From contig JAHBMJ010000292.1 in NCBI GenBank assembly GCA_018398765.1, positions 1 to 51,215 of the forward strand: a DNA stretch of 51,215 nt. The letters are read 5' to 3'. The notes beneath the pieces were generated by a model. The model was not told the origin of the DNA, made no database searches, and saw nothing but the letters and a program-made list of their open reading frames with translations. Every line of letters begins with the position of its first letter. Within the stretch, counting starts at the first letter, position 1. The stretch is from Chromera velia (taxonomy: Eukaryota). A program made the translations under genes and the position numbers. This document shows positions 39,901 to 51,215 of this stretch, piece by piece.

Positions 39901-42900
39901 CCCGCTCAAGGGACGCGAGTGGGCGGGCGTCCGGTGAGGAGGGTGGGGGGTGGACCGGCCGGAAGGGTTGCTAAAAAGCTCGGCCTGTAGGCACACAGCG
40001 AGAGAAAAAAAAGAGCTCGTCGGGGGCGTCTGGCATGGATCACACATATTTTTGAGAAGATCGCAGGCAAGATATAAAAAGATTTCTGTCCTGTAGTCAC
40101 CAGATCTTACATTAGACTGAAAAATAGTTGAGGTTGCACTGAACAAAGTGTACTTTTGGTTATCTCAACATGAGAAAGCAGCAACAGAGCGCACTGACAA
40201 GAGAAACAGGCATGCAATGTGCAAATCTTCTCACAGCCACCCCCACACATGTCTCCCTTTGGTTCTCTGCGTCCCCCCTCAGTCCATCCAGCTTTTTCAC
40301 TTCTTCGTAGAGAGTGTCACTGACCTTCTTGGCGTCCATCAGCCTTGCAAGGATGATTCGTCTCTTCTCGGCCTCCCCGTACAGACGTTCCACCACAGAG
40401 GGACTGCAGGCAGGCAGGAGGGCAGGTAGTAGAGCGATTTGCCAGCGAAGAAACAGCAGCCATGTATCTGTTTGTGCATGCAGACATTCGTGAATCCAGG
40501 CCAAAGATCAACAGGCAAACACCTTGAAGCATTTGCAGAGGAGGGACCATAAGTTCAGAGTTATACGATTGATTCTCTGTGTGGCGCTGCGATGGAACAG
40601 CAATAACAAAACTGATAGGGGGCATTCCTTTTTCTTTTCGGACTCGCAATCAACGTTTGTTCTTTTCATTTACCTCCGACCACTCTTGGAAATTGAAGAC
40701 TGACTCTGCGCCGTCCTTCAAGTGAGCTCCGACTTGTTGCTCTCTGCAGTCGGTGAAGGCACAAAGGTGTAAGTTGCCTCTGAACTTGGAAGAAAGCGAC
40801 CGACGAAAACGAACAGAAAGCAGCGACAAGAAATCCATAAGAGACAAAAGGTAAAGGCAGCCCCAGAGGGGAAAACAGGAAGAAGAAGAGGAAACGGAGG
40901 ACGTATACATCCACAAGCAACGACGATGTAGGGACAGAGAGAGGAAAGAATTGACAATAGAGGGAGAGGCGAGACTGAATAGAGAAATGAAGGAAGGCAC
41001 AGAAATCAGAGGCCGAGAAAGGAGGCGACTGAATAAACGGATTTATCGGAGAGGCAACACCGGAGAATTAATGCAAGAAAATCCAATTAAGCAGACTGAC
41101 TTCAACCGAGCGGCCTCCTCTTCTTCCAGTTGGCGTCTCAACTCCTGCAGCAGGAGTCAGAGTAGCAGATTCGAAAACAGTCAAGAAGGTTTCAAAGAGG
41201 AGAAATTCGTCACGAGTACCACTTGCTTCTCTCTCCCCTTCCTTCGCCCCCCCCCCCCCCCCCNNNNNNNNNNNNNNNNNNNNNNNNNNNNNNNNNNNNN
41301 NNNNNNNNNNNNNNNNNNNNNNNNNNNNNNNNNNNNNNNNNNNNNNNNNNNNNNNNNNNNNNNNNNNNNNNNNNNNNNNNNNNNNNNNNNNNNNNNNNNN
41401 NNNNNNNNNNNNNNNNNNNNNNNNNNNNNNNNNNNNNNNNNNNNNNNNNNNNNNNNNNNNNNNNNNNNNNNNNNNNNNNNNNNNNNNNNNNNNNNNNNNN
41501 NNNNNNNNNNNNNNNNNNNNNNNNNNNNACACAGACGAGAGCACAAAGACAGACTACTCTGAAACAGTCAGTGTGTCAGACAGACAAACGCTTTGATTGC
41601 ACTGGGAGCCCAGGCTGTCACCAGCTCTTTTTCGCTCGACCAAGAAGGAAACAGAGGGAATGAATGATTGAGGTTTCCCAGTAAACGACTCCAGATCGGG
41701 GAACAAACCAACTTCGGAAAGGTCGATGAGAACCGACAGTGAAGCGCAGAGACGGACGGACAAGACGAGACGAGGACAGAAGCAGACACGGTCGGAGAGA
41801 CAGACCTCAAGACGTTCTGCCCTCTCTCCCCGATATTTTAGAAGGCGTTCTGTCACTTCAGAGCTGCACTCAGTTGGACTCAGAGACAAACGAAGAACGA
41901 ATAAAGAAAGTACGAGAGATAGAGATGGGCGTTGATTGTGCAAACCACCAGCACTGCAGTATGCGTGGTTGCTGATAAAAAACGAAGCGCAGAGACATGC
42001 ACATTTATAATGAAGAAATCGAACAGGTTCGGATTGGCAGAGTCACACGGCAGCAACTCGGCCCTCTTGCACATTCAGGCACGAGTCAGTGTGTACACAA
42101 ATGAAGACACCAGGAGTCAGATCGTCTGTACAGGAGACCACACAGACACAGACAGTGCTGCAGTCTACTGATATTTCTAGGTGATTTTTCTACAAACGGA
42201 CTGACTGACGCTGTCTTAACTGCTTCCTTCATGCGTGCCGTCTCCCTCTGTCGCTCTCTTTGCTTCCGCAGTTCCCTCTCGCCTTCGGTTTCCCCCTGCA
42301 GTCAGTCAGCGAACAAAACAGAAACGCGCAATTTCTTTGGATAGAGTCATTCACACGACTTGAACAGAGAGTCTAGAATCTCATCTTGTCTGACCGACAC
42401 AATTTATCCGTCGCGTCAGAAAAAGGCAGGGCAGTTCATGAGATCGTTGCTTTTGCTGCGGCAAATGGACAAATCCATCTCCTCAGTCTAGCTCTGTCTC
42501 TCGCGTACAAAAGGGCTGGAGTCTCTCCTTCCCTCATTCAAGCATGAGCACTTTGTGTATGGACGTGGGTCATGCATGGCAAGATTCGTCCACTTTCGTC
42601 TCCTATCTGTTTGTACTCCATTCACATATGTACACACACACACACACACAGACAGTTGGAATTCCTGGATCCTTCCTGCTATCCTGGATCCTGACGCACC
42701 TCTTTTTCCTCCTCTTCTCTCTTCTTCCGGAGTTCTTTCAAGCGCTTCTCGAGGTAGAGGCGGTCGTGGACGCTCAAACAGAGGCTGCATGCATGCTTGC
42801 AGAGGAGTGAGTACGTCGATCACCGAGAGGCTAAAAAGGAAAGGAAGGAACGCAAAAAAAGTAAATGTCGGACGATAGATTGACGATGTCTGCCAGCCGA

Positions 42901-44766
42901 CAGAAGCAGGAAAAAACAAAGAGACAAGCCACGAAAGAAAATCGATCAAACGGAGAACACAACGAGGGAGCGCTGTAATCGTACGAGCAGAGAGAGACCT
43001 GGAGACAGGCAGGCAGACGGGGGTTGCAGAGGCAGACAAACGAGCAGCGCAATCGATACACAAAGGAAGAAGCAGGCACACCGACGCACATCTTCTGCTC
43101 ATCCGCCTCGATGGCTTCCAAATCCGCCAGGAGACTGTTTGTTGGCACCTTACTACCCTTCCCTGCTACCCCTGCCTTCCCCTTCGCCCCCCCTCCTTTT
43201 CCTCCAACAGGCACGGGAGGAGGTTCGCATCCCGGGCACACACGGCTCTTGTACTGCTTCTCTGCAGACCCTTCAGTGCCTCTCGAGAGGGACTCTAGCG
43301 CTCGGGGGGGAGGGTCAGACACAGCAGCAGGTGCAGCGTCTGCCTTTGAGGAAGAGAATGGAGGAGTGGGGGGAACCTGCTGCTCCTCCATGCCTCCTGC
43401 TTCTTCTTCGTCGTGGTCTTCTAGATTCAGAAGGTCAGCCTGTGCGGCTGCCTCCTCAGTAACTCCAAAAGTCTCCTCCTCCTCTTTCTCCTCCCCCTCA
43501 GCCCCTGTCTTTGGTTGAGCCGGTTGAACGTCCTGCTGCTCACTCTGCTGCAGTCCTGTGAGGAAGTCGTCCAAACCAGAAGGGACTGAGGATGCGGGGA
43601 GGGGAACGCGGTCTTTCTTTTGTCTCCCCTTCTCCTGTTCTTCACTGATGCCCTTTGTCTCTCCCTCCTCGCCCCTCTCGGTAGAAGAAAGAAAGTCTGC
43701 ACCCTCACTGCGACGAGACGACGCACCGTCCCCCCATTCACTCAAACGACGCCGCCGCTGTTCCTGCAGACATCAACAGCAACATATATTGGCAGAAGGT
43801 GAGACAAGAAAGGATTCGGAATTCAAGAACTGAGCAGGCAGAAGGGGACAGAAAAAAGATGAGAATCGAATTTTACTTGTTGATGCAGGCAGACGGGATC
43901 GGTGTGTTGGCACAAGAAAGGGTAAGGGGTGGATCGAATAGGATCGTGTGTATGAGAGGCCATTTGCAGCCCCACTGCCGTTGCGTTGCCTCAAATCTAG
44001 GAAGAAGACGCAGAACAGAGTGGAGAAATGAGATGAAACGGACACCTTCGATCCGCACACGTGGAAAACAAAGACAGAGCAAACGGACTGGTGGGGTCAG
44101 CAAATAGGTAGGTAACTTACGTGGATACTCGCAGCCTTCGCTTTGAGAAGCTGCACACATGAGAGAGGGCCTTCGTGTGCGCATGACCATACCAAATGGT
44201 GGAAACAAGAAGGAAAGGAGGGGGTGGGCGAGTGGCAGCCCCTGCACGAACCCATACGTGTCACCCTTGTTCGTGCCGATCGGACGTGTTCCCATGCAAG
44301 TGAATAGGTCGTGTTTTTCACCTAAGTCACAGGCGATGGCTAATCGATGCGACAGCGGCACTGAAATAGTTCTTGAGGATACTTTCGGTAAGTTTCCTCG
44401 CTCTGTCGCACCCACCTTCAGCTTTTCTTCACAACTCTTCCTGTGTTGTTGGAGAAGTTCTGCAGACCTGCAACAAAAGAACACGCAAGTAACGAGGAGG
44501 AGGACACATGTGGACTCGTAAAGCCATACAAGGGTGGAAAGTGGTCAAGAGAGAAGCGTTGAACATCTCATCACGGCAAAAGGGGTGCCAGTTGCTGCAT
44601 CAGCCCGTCTACATTGTTGAGAAACTCACTTCATTTTCTGCATGGTGTTTGGAGAAAAGGGCTCAATTTGGTCCCTTTCTCCAAACGAAGCGCTCCCATC
44701 CTCTGCAGCTGCTTGTACGACAGGGAGACTCTGTGTTGCGTTCTCGGGAACCTCTCCGTACTCCAT
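36997..44766 (-). CDS. Large multi-exon protein with coiled-coil segments and a Pro/Ser-rich C-terminus, probably one gene across the N gap. Exons include 44766-44630, 44467-44416, 43763-43090, ~42783-42700, ~41870-41806, ~40420-40255, 39984-39454, 39286-39182, 38943-36997
   Basis: Phase-consistent joins MEYGEVPE...QKMK|SAELLQQHRKSCEEKLK|EQRRRRLSEW and ...SAARLE|AEVSELKASKDD...LKTLK|AFATSREEEFHELRARR. No recognisable catalytic domain. Confidence 0.6.
41264..41528. other. Assembly gap (N run)
   Basis: Run of n bases following a poly-C tract. Confidence 1.
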
Positions 44767-45383
44767 TTGGGTCTAGAGCGAAGCTAGGTGGACAAGTCTA
44801 AAGAACGAGTGAATGCATGAAAACTGTACCGTTGCTGAGACATAGAGTGCAACCGATGTTTCAGACGCAGACAGCGCTTTTCTGCGCAGCAGCTGCAGAG
44901 AATGGCTTCAGTATGTCCAGGACCTCCTCCAAGCACGCTTTGAGGGACGATCAAGGTCCACAACCGACCCTTTCTTGAAGGAGAGGCGCTGCCATTACCT
45001 GCGGTGCGTCCCTGGCACCGAACCCCATGCATGTATCGCTCGATCAACTCGCGCACGTTAATTGTAGGCGCGCGCGAGATCCTGCCACAAACCTTAATCG
45101 CGTGCATTTCTGCGCCACGATGGATGTCCTGTCGATCTTGCATCTTGCGTCTGACCTTGATTCTGCAGGCCGTATCTTCGGATCAGCATCTTTCAGATCG
45201 TCTGCAAGGGGAACACGCCTGAAGAGGTCCGTCGGACAAGAAAGTTCATTCGCGCATTTCGGAAACTGGGCTGCTGTCCAGTTTAGTCAGAACTTAACGG
45301 GGTCACTTCTTTTCATCATTGTTTGAACGCTTTCTTCTCAAGCATCCGTTTCAAAAAAAAAATAGAAAATCGTTAGCGGCAAC

Positions 45384-46157
45384 ATGTTGTCCAGACAGAC
45401 CCTTGCCACCCTCTTCGTGGGGTTGTGCACTTTCTTCGCGTGGTTCATTGCACTGTCGCGACTGCTCTTCGTCGATAAATTCTACGATCGTGCCTTCGCG
45501 CTGGAGTCAACACAGAATCTTGAGACTCCTTTCTTTGAGGAAACATTCATTAAAACAATCAGTACTTCTTACTACCAAAGAAAGTATCTATTCTTCGCTC
45601 CCCACGTCGCAGCTGCGATCTCCTGGTGGAACTTGAGCCCTCTCCAGATGATTCAGAACCTCCGAAGGAAGTACAAGTGGTTCCACAGGTGGAACGGTCG
45701 TCTGCAGATGGTTGCCTTGCTCATTCAGATTGTTACCGGCACCCTCCTCGGCCTGACCGCCGAAACTACCGGCGTCATGTGGCTGAGCGTAATGTATGGT
45801 GTTGCGATGGCGTTTGTGACCGTCAAAGCCTGGTGGGCCGCTTGGACAGGGGACATCGTCAGGCACAAATATTGGGCAACGAAGCTCTTCGGATACTCTC
45901 AAGCACAGGGACTGCAGAGAGTGATGACATTTGTCTTCTCCATGATGCTCATGTATGGCGTTTGGCCGTATACCTACAAAGACTGGCCGGAGGATCAGAA
46001 AAGTCCCGAGGCTGCAACTCGTGTCTTCGCAAAACTCTTCGACGACACGTTCAGCACTGCAATTTACGGGTCGATTGTTCTCACTGAGTGGTATCAATCC
46101 GTTGCTTATGAGGAGGAGCTGGAGGCACGCAAGCAGAAAACTGTCAAATCGAATTAA
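45384..46157 (+). CDS. Intronless multi-pass membrane protein, DUF2306-like (257 aa)
   Basis: PHVAAA...PLQMIQNLRRKYKWFHRWNGRL...AAWTGDIVRHKYWA fits the H / LR-x-K-x-x-x-x-HR-x-x-GR / D-I-x-x-H-x-x-W pattern of DUF2306, with several hydrophobic helices. Confidence 0.75.
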   Translation: MLSRQTLATLFVGLCTFFAWFIALSRLLFVDKFYDRAFALESTQNLETPFFEETFIKTISTSYYQRKYLFFAPHVAAAISWWNLSPLQMIQNLRRKYKWFHRWNGRLQMVALLIQIVTGTLLGLTAETTGVMWLSVMYGVAMAFVTVKAWWAAWTGDIVRHKYWATKLFGYSQAQGLQRVMTFVFSMMLMYGVWPYTYKDWPEDQKSPEAATRVFAKLFDDTFSTAIYGSIVLTEWYQSVAYEEELEARKQKTVKSN

Positions 46158-48557
46158 AAAAAGAAATCCATACAAGGAACTTTGGGGGCAAAATAGACAG
46201 AGTACGTGGTCGCATAGTCACTCTGATTTATTCAAATTTGAAGGACCAGTCGGGATCCGTCGGAACGGAAGACTCTCTCTGCCTCGACTCTGACATGCAT
46301 CGATCGGTCTTTCCCCATTCCGTTCAGGGACAGAGAGCCAGATGTCTTCGTCCTTGTTTCCTGAAGAGGCGTGCACGTGCCTGGTCGGTCAGTGTACCCC
46401 CTGGTCATTACCAACCAACAGTTCTGTGTGCATGCATGCATGTGATTGCATTTCTTGCTCAATTCAGCTCAAAACGCTTCGGACAGAGACAATGGATAAC
46501 AATGGCAACCAAGCTTCAATGGCAGCTTGTACGAATCAGTATGATATCATAAAATGATGACTCGTCATTTTCCAATCATTCTTCTTCTCATTCCTCCACT
46601 GTCACAATGTCACTCTTTCCGACGATTCCGCGGCGACGAGGTAGTAACACTGGCACTGTTCCCGTCCTCTCTGCACTCCTTAAATAATTTTTAAGTTTAA
46701 TTCGATCTAGTAAATTCGATCGGTTTGCCTGATGCTTTGTTATAGGTGCTAGGCTAGGCGGTTTGCACAATATCAAACTCTATTATATTCTATTATATTG
46801 GTGGTTCTATTCCTACGTTCAATCGAAAAAGTTATATTTCAGATTGGGCTAGCAGATTAGGTCGAACAGTGGCTATGGCATGAACAAAGCGGACCCGTTA
46901 CGTGGTGCTAGACGCGGCCAATCAAGGTAAATCAAGGGAGCCACGGCTAAATTTTATTTAACTATATAGTTAAATTTAGTATTTAATTTAGTTTCTCACC
47001 CCCTTTTTCATATAATATACAATGTCATGCGTCTTCGACGCATGATGTGCGCGGTGGCACAGTACACCAGCTCCTAGTCTGGGTCCTAGACCAACTCTTA
47101 TATATATAGTAAAACGGTATTAAAGTTTAGATCTGAATGTCTTTCTTGGTCATTTTTGTTAAAGAAAAAGCAGAACGGCTGGTGACCACATAAAAGACAC
47201 CGTAGTATAGAAATACAGAGCTAATACTCTGAGCTATTTCTATCATGATATCAAACCGCTCATAAGAAACTGTGAGTTCCTAAACTTCCTAGAAAGTCAG
47301 GCTCTGACAGACAGTTAGAGACAGCTATACAGAAGACTGAAGAATTCAGTCTTGCCAGATGACGTGAATCTTCCAGATTTACCAGACCGAACACGGCGTG
47401 ACTAAAACAACAGATGTGCAACGCTTGATATGCAACCATGCAACATGCCGCAACATGCACGCAGGCCGGCAAAGGCACACGCAAAGCAACACCTACTTCG
47501 ATCTAACTCAACTGTGAACACACATGCATTGAGGCCGTTAGACCGAGCGATCGATGCATGTACATGCAAAGACCCCGAGGCCTCAGCCGGGCAGGCTGAG
47601 CGGCCCTCGACAGATAAAAACGTGAGGGGGGAAACCTTGCTTGTATTTGGACTCGATGGAAAACTTAAGGAGACTTGCAAAAGCGACCGTCCCAAAACAA
47701 CAGGAGAGACTGAAGTCATCGGTGCGTTGAGGGTAGTTGAGGGTAGGATGCACTTGAGTGCTGCATGGTGGATGCTTTTGGATGGCTGTTGCGTGTGAGC
47801 CCCTCCCTTTGTTCCCGAAAATTTGCAGCACTTCCTTGTGAGATTTGTGGATATTTTGTCTTTTGTGCGACTGAAGTAGCCAGGAGTCACAAAATCGAGT
47901 CTGAATATGTATATGTGCTGCAGGACTGGTTGTAAAGAGACCGCCTGCAACCGGTGGACCTTATTTTGGCTGTTGGTCGCGTGGAGAGGACCCAGATCGG
48001 AGACTGGTTTCTGTGGCAACGAGACTCATGCAGGGACTTGAAGAGGGGGGGGACTTCGCAATGGTCCGGGCGGGGGCAAATGTGTATGGTGTTCTATTCT
48101 GCCTCGACGGAAGCGTGGAAAATCAGGGGGGGAGCCTAAACTGGGCACCGCGGCATCAGACTGGAGCACCCTCGAGCGCTGCATGGAATCACTCATGGAG
48201 GACTTCCTGCGAGGCAGGGCACAAACCGCCTCGAGCCACGTCAGTTCGCCAGATCTGATACCTGCACTCTGCACCTGAGCGCAGCTAGTAGTGCCACGTC
48301 CCATCACTACCCGTCTGCCCACCCACCCACTCAAAAGCACATCCACCAGTTTCTAGTTTGTTTGGGCTTTCTCTTTTTCAGGTTCTGTTCGTCCCTCCGA
48401 TCTGTCTGTCTGTCTCTCTTTCCATTTTTATTTCTGTTTCTGTTTCTGTTGCCCTGTCTTTTTCTCTGTCTCCAAGCTCTCTCTCTCTCTTTCTCCCTCT
48501 CTGTCTCTCTCTTTCTCTGTCTCTGTCTCTGTCTCTGTCTCTGTCTCTGTCTCTGTC

Positions 48558-48611
<54 letters not shown>

Positions 48612-49562
48612 AGCTCTCTCTCTGTCCCCGCCCCCCCAACCCCTCTCTCTTTTTCTCTCTCTCCCTGTCTCTCTCTCTCTGAGACTCTCTCTCTCTCTCT
48701 CTCTCTGTGTGTCTGTGTGTGTGTGCGTGTCGGCGCGCGCGAACTCCACTGCATGTGTATGCCAAGCCCCATTTCCGTACGTGCGCATTGAGGATGTGTT
48801 GTTCGTATTTCGTACTTGCAATGGGTTCAAACGGACTCACAATGTTTTGTTCAAGGAAGTTAGACAATTCCCTCTGGCTGCTGCATGCTCTTGCCATGTC
48901 TGCTGCTTTCTCAACTGACTTGAAAGCCCCGCTTGACTGATCTTCTTCGCTGCATCCCACCCCTTTTCTATGAATGCGTCAGGGATGCTCGAACCCCACC
49001 ACACCAGCGAAAAGACCAACGCCAACCCACACAAAAGCAACACCACCCAAAAAACCTCACGTACGTCTTATTTTGCTGCATTAGAGCAGACGCATGCAAA
49101 TACGCGCGCACACTCACGTACATTTAGACACAGACGTCGGTTAGAGAACTAAGTGTTTCAAAAGAAAAGACTCAAGGACGAACAAGAGCAGACTGGCGGG
49201 CAGAACAGCGGAGAAGAAGAGAGGGGCAGTCACAGAGATACTGACCGTCACAGAAGGGCACACAGACACACACAAAGAAAGAGAACCAAAACACCAGCGA
49301 GTGAGGGGCCATAAGGGGCCCAAGGGGGGGGCGGGAGGGGAAAGATATGATGGAAGTGCGACAGAAAGCAAGTGTGTGTGTGTGTGGAACAGAGACAAGG
49401 AGAAGAAGAAAAAAAAAGAAAACGAGAAAAAACCGGATAGAGGGATACGTGTCCTTTGCAGAATTACGTTCCGGATTCTAGACAGACTGCGGTCCTGCTT
49501 CTTCTTCAAATGCTTCAATTTGGCTCTTCTTCTCCCCCCTCATGTATACCCTTGTGCTACAG

Positions 49563-49833
49563 ATCGACATCAACATCCCAAAGAGTGTGCAAAATAGATA
49601 TGAGATCCTCCACCAAATCGGAAAGGGCCAGTACGGTAGGTTCCTTCCTTCCTTCCTTCCTTCCTTTCTTCCTTCCTTCCTTCCTTCCTTCCTTCCGTCC
49701 GTCCTTTCTTTCTTTCTTTCTTTCTTTCTTCCTTCCTTTCTTTCTTTCTTTCTTTCTTCCTTTCTCTCTTTCTTTGCTTGTTTCTTTCTTTCTTCCCTCC
49801 TTCCTTCCTTCCTTCCTTCCTTCGTTCGTTCGT

Positions 49834-49864
<31 letters not shown>

Positions 49865-51030
49865 GTCTCTCCCTCTCTCTCTCTCTCTCTCTCTGCCTCT
49901 CTCTCCCCCCCTCCCGCCCTCCCCCCCCTTTCCCTCTCTCTTCCTCTCTCTCGCTCTCTCTCCCTCTCTCCCTCTTTCTCTCTCTCTCTCTCTCTCTCCC
50001 TCTCTCTTTCGTTCTCGTTCTCGTTCTCATATTGTGTCTGTCTGAAGGAGGGAAGAGAAGCAAAATTGTCTGCCTATTTGTTTTGACTGTCTGTCTTTCT
50101 GTTGATCAGTCGGTCTCGCGATCTGTTGGTGCATGCGGAGGTTGCTGTCCAGGGTGCAGAGTACTGTGAAATGATTTGAGATTCCGAAGCACATAGTAGA
50201 ATTGACACAACCAGGGCATGCACATGTGCACGTACACATCTAAATAAGCTTACGAATCCAAACTGTCCGCATGCAGGCGCAGTGTACAAAGCCTTCGACA
50301 AAGAGACACAGAAGCACGTGGCCATCAAGAAAGTGACCGACCCCTTTCTCCTTGGCCCTGACGATGGTGCGAGAGTGACACTGGAGCTGGAGGCGATGTT
50401 AAAAGCAGAAGAGTGCCCGCAGATTGTCTCCCTGCTGAACGTACCAATGCCAGACGAGGAGGAGATTGAGGTCCGTCTGTCTCCCTGTCTCCATTCACTG
50501 TTCGATAGGCGCTAAGAGGCTTGTATGGCACCGATGCATGTTCCGTAAAGAAACCGAGCACGTGTTGTGGCGGGAAAGCATGGATATGGCAATTGAGAGA
50601 GAAAGACGCTGAGAGGAAACAACCAAACCAGAGAACCGTACCTTTCAAAATAGAAGTAAAATTCAATGAAATTCAATGCGGGAAGATCAAATGGTAGGTA
50701 TATTTGATTGAATCAGTCGTTCCGATGGAAAGCTCAGAGGCTCAGAGGGGCTTTGCACGGAGAAACAAAAGATTCGAATTCTCAATTGCTTGATGTTTCT
50801 GCGCAGGACATCTTCATTGTGATGGAGCTGATGCCAGGCAGTCTCAAGTCTCTGCTGAAACGGAATTATGAGCCCGTCTCTCTCGAGTGTGAAAAGTTGT
50901 TGATGCTGGACCTGCTCTTAGCGTTTCGGTACATCCACGAGAATCTCCATCTTGAGTACCGAGACCTCAAAGCAGACCACTGCTTGTACAACGGACTCGA
51001 TGATTTGAGTACTTGCACTCTCAAACTCTG
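49563..51030 (+). CDS. Partial MAPK/CMGC-like protein kinase. Exons 49563-49635, 50277-50470, 50807-51030; first exon unresolved, continues beyond the window
   Basis: RYEILHQIGKGQYG|AVYKAFDKETQKHVAIKKVTDPF...E...|DIFIVMELM...YIHENLHLEYRDLKADH...TLKL. GT-AG joins are phase-consistent. Confidence 0.85.
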
Positions 51031-51215
51031 GTCAGTCTGTTTGGGTCGTGCTTCTCTCCACAATGGTCGAGTAAACAAGACTCTGGCTCTCAATTTACCG
51101 GCCTGGTCCAGTATGCAAAGTGCCAGACACTTTGCGCACTATCTTGCCTGGAATTTAACCTTTGAATAGACTAAGTCTGTGTCGATCCTTTTCTTCTGCA
51201 TGTGCTGACTGCTAA

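Noticed and set aside
40951..41663. ORFs spanning 41264-41528
   Set aside because: Artefacts of the N gap.
47402..48346. Overlapping 60-205 aa ORFs on both strands
   Set aside because: No recognisable motif or consistent splice model; strand cannot be assigned.

Overview
Eukaryotic genomic DNA. The microsatellite-filled introns and C-x-H-x6-C-x2-C zinc-finger genes suggest a chromerid alveolate such as Chromera velia (inference, not verified). By manual splicing I can support nine protein-coding genes: two head-to-head paralogous zinc-finger genes sharing a SAM-like N-terminus, a small three-exon RNASEK/V-ATPase-f-like gene, a multi-TM protein gene, a divergent mitochondrial-carrier-like gene, FAN1, a long coiled-coil/Pro-Ser gene spanning an assembly gap, an intronless DUF2306-like gene and a partial divergent MAPK-like kinase. 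A transposon island (~9.6-17.2 kb) holds a complete non-autonomous LTR element (337-bp LTRs, AATAT TSD, PBS, PPT, cargo ORF), a CRE-type non-LTR relic, a Ty3/gypsy gag relic and a MITE. The most striking signal is that repeats decay almost only by C>T/G>A transitions, many at CpA/TpG. All 12 LTR-LTR differences are transitions, and the cargo ORF is broken only by TAG/TAA stops with no frameshifts. This resembles RIP-like repeat-directed hypermutation.
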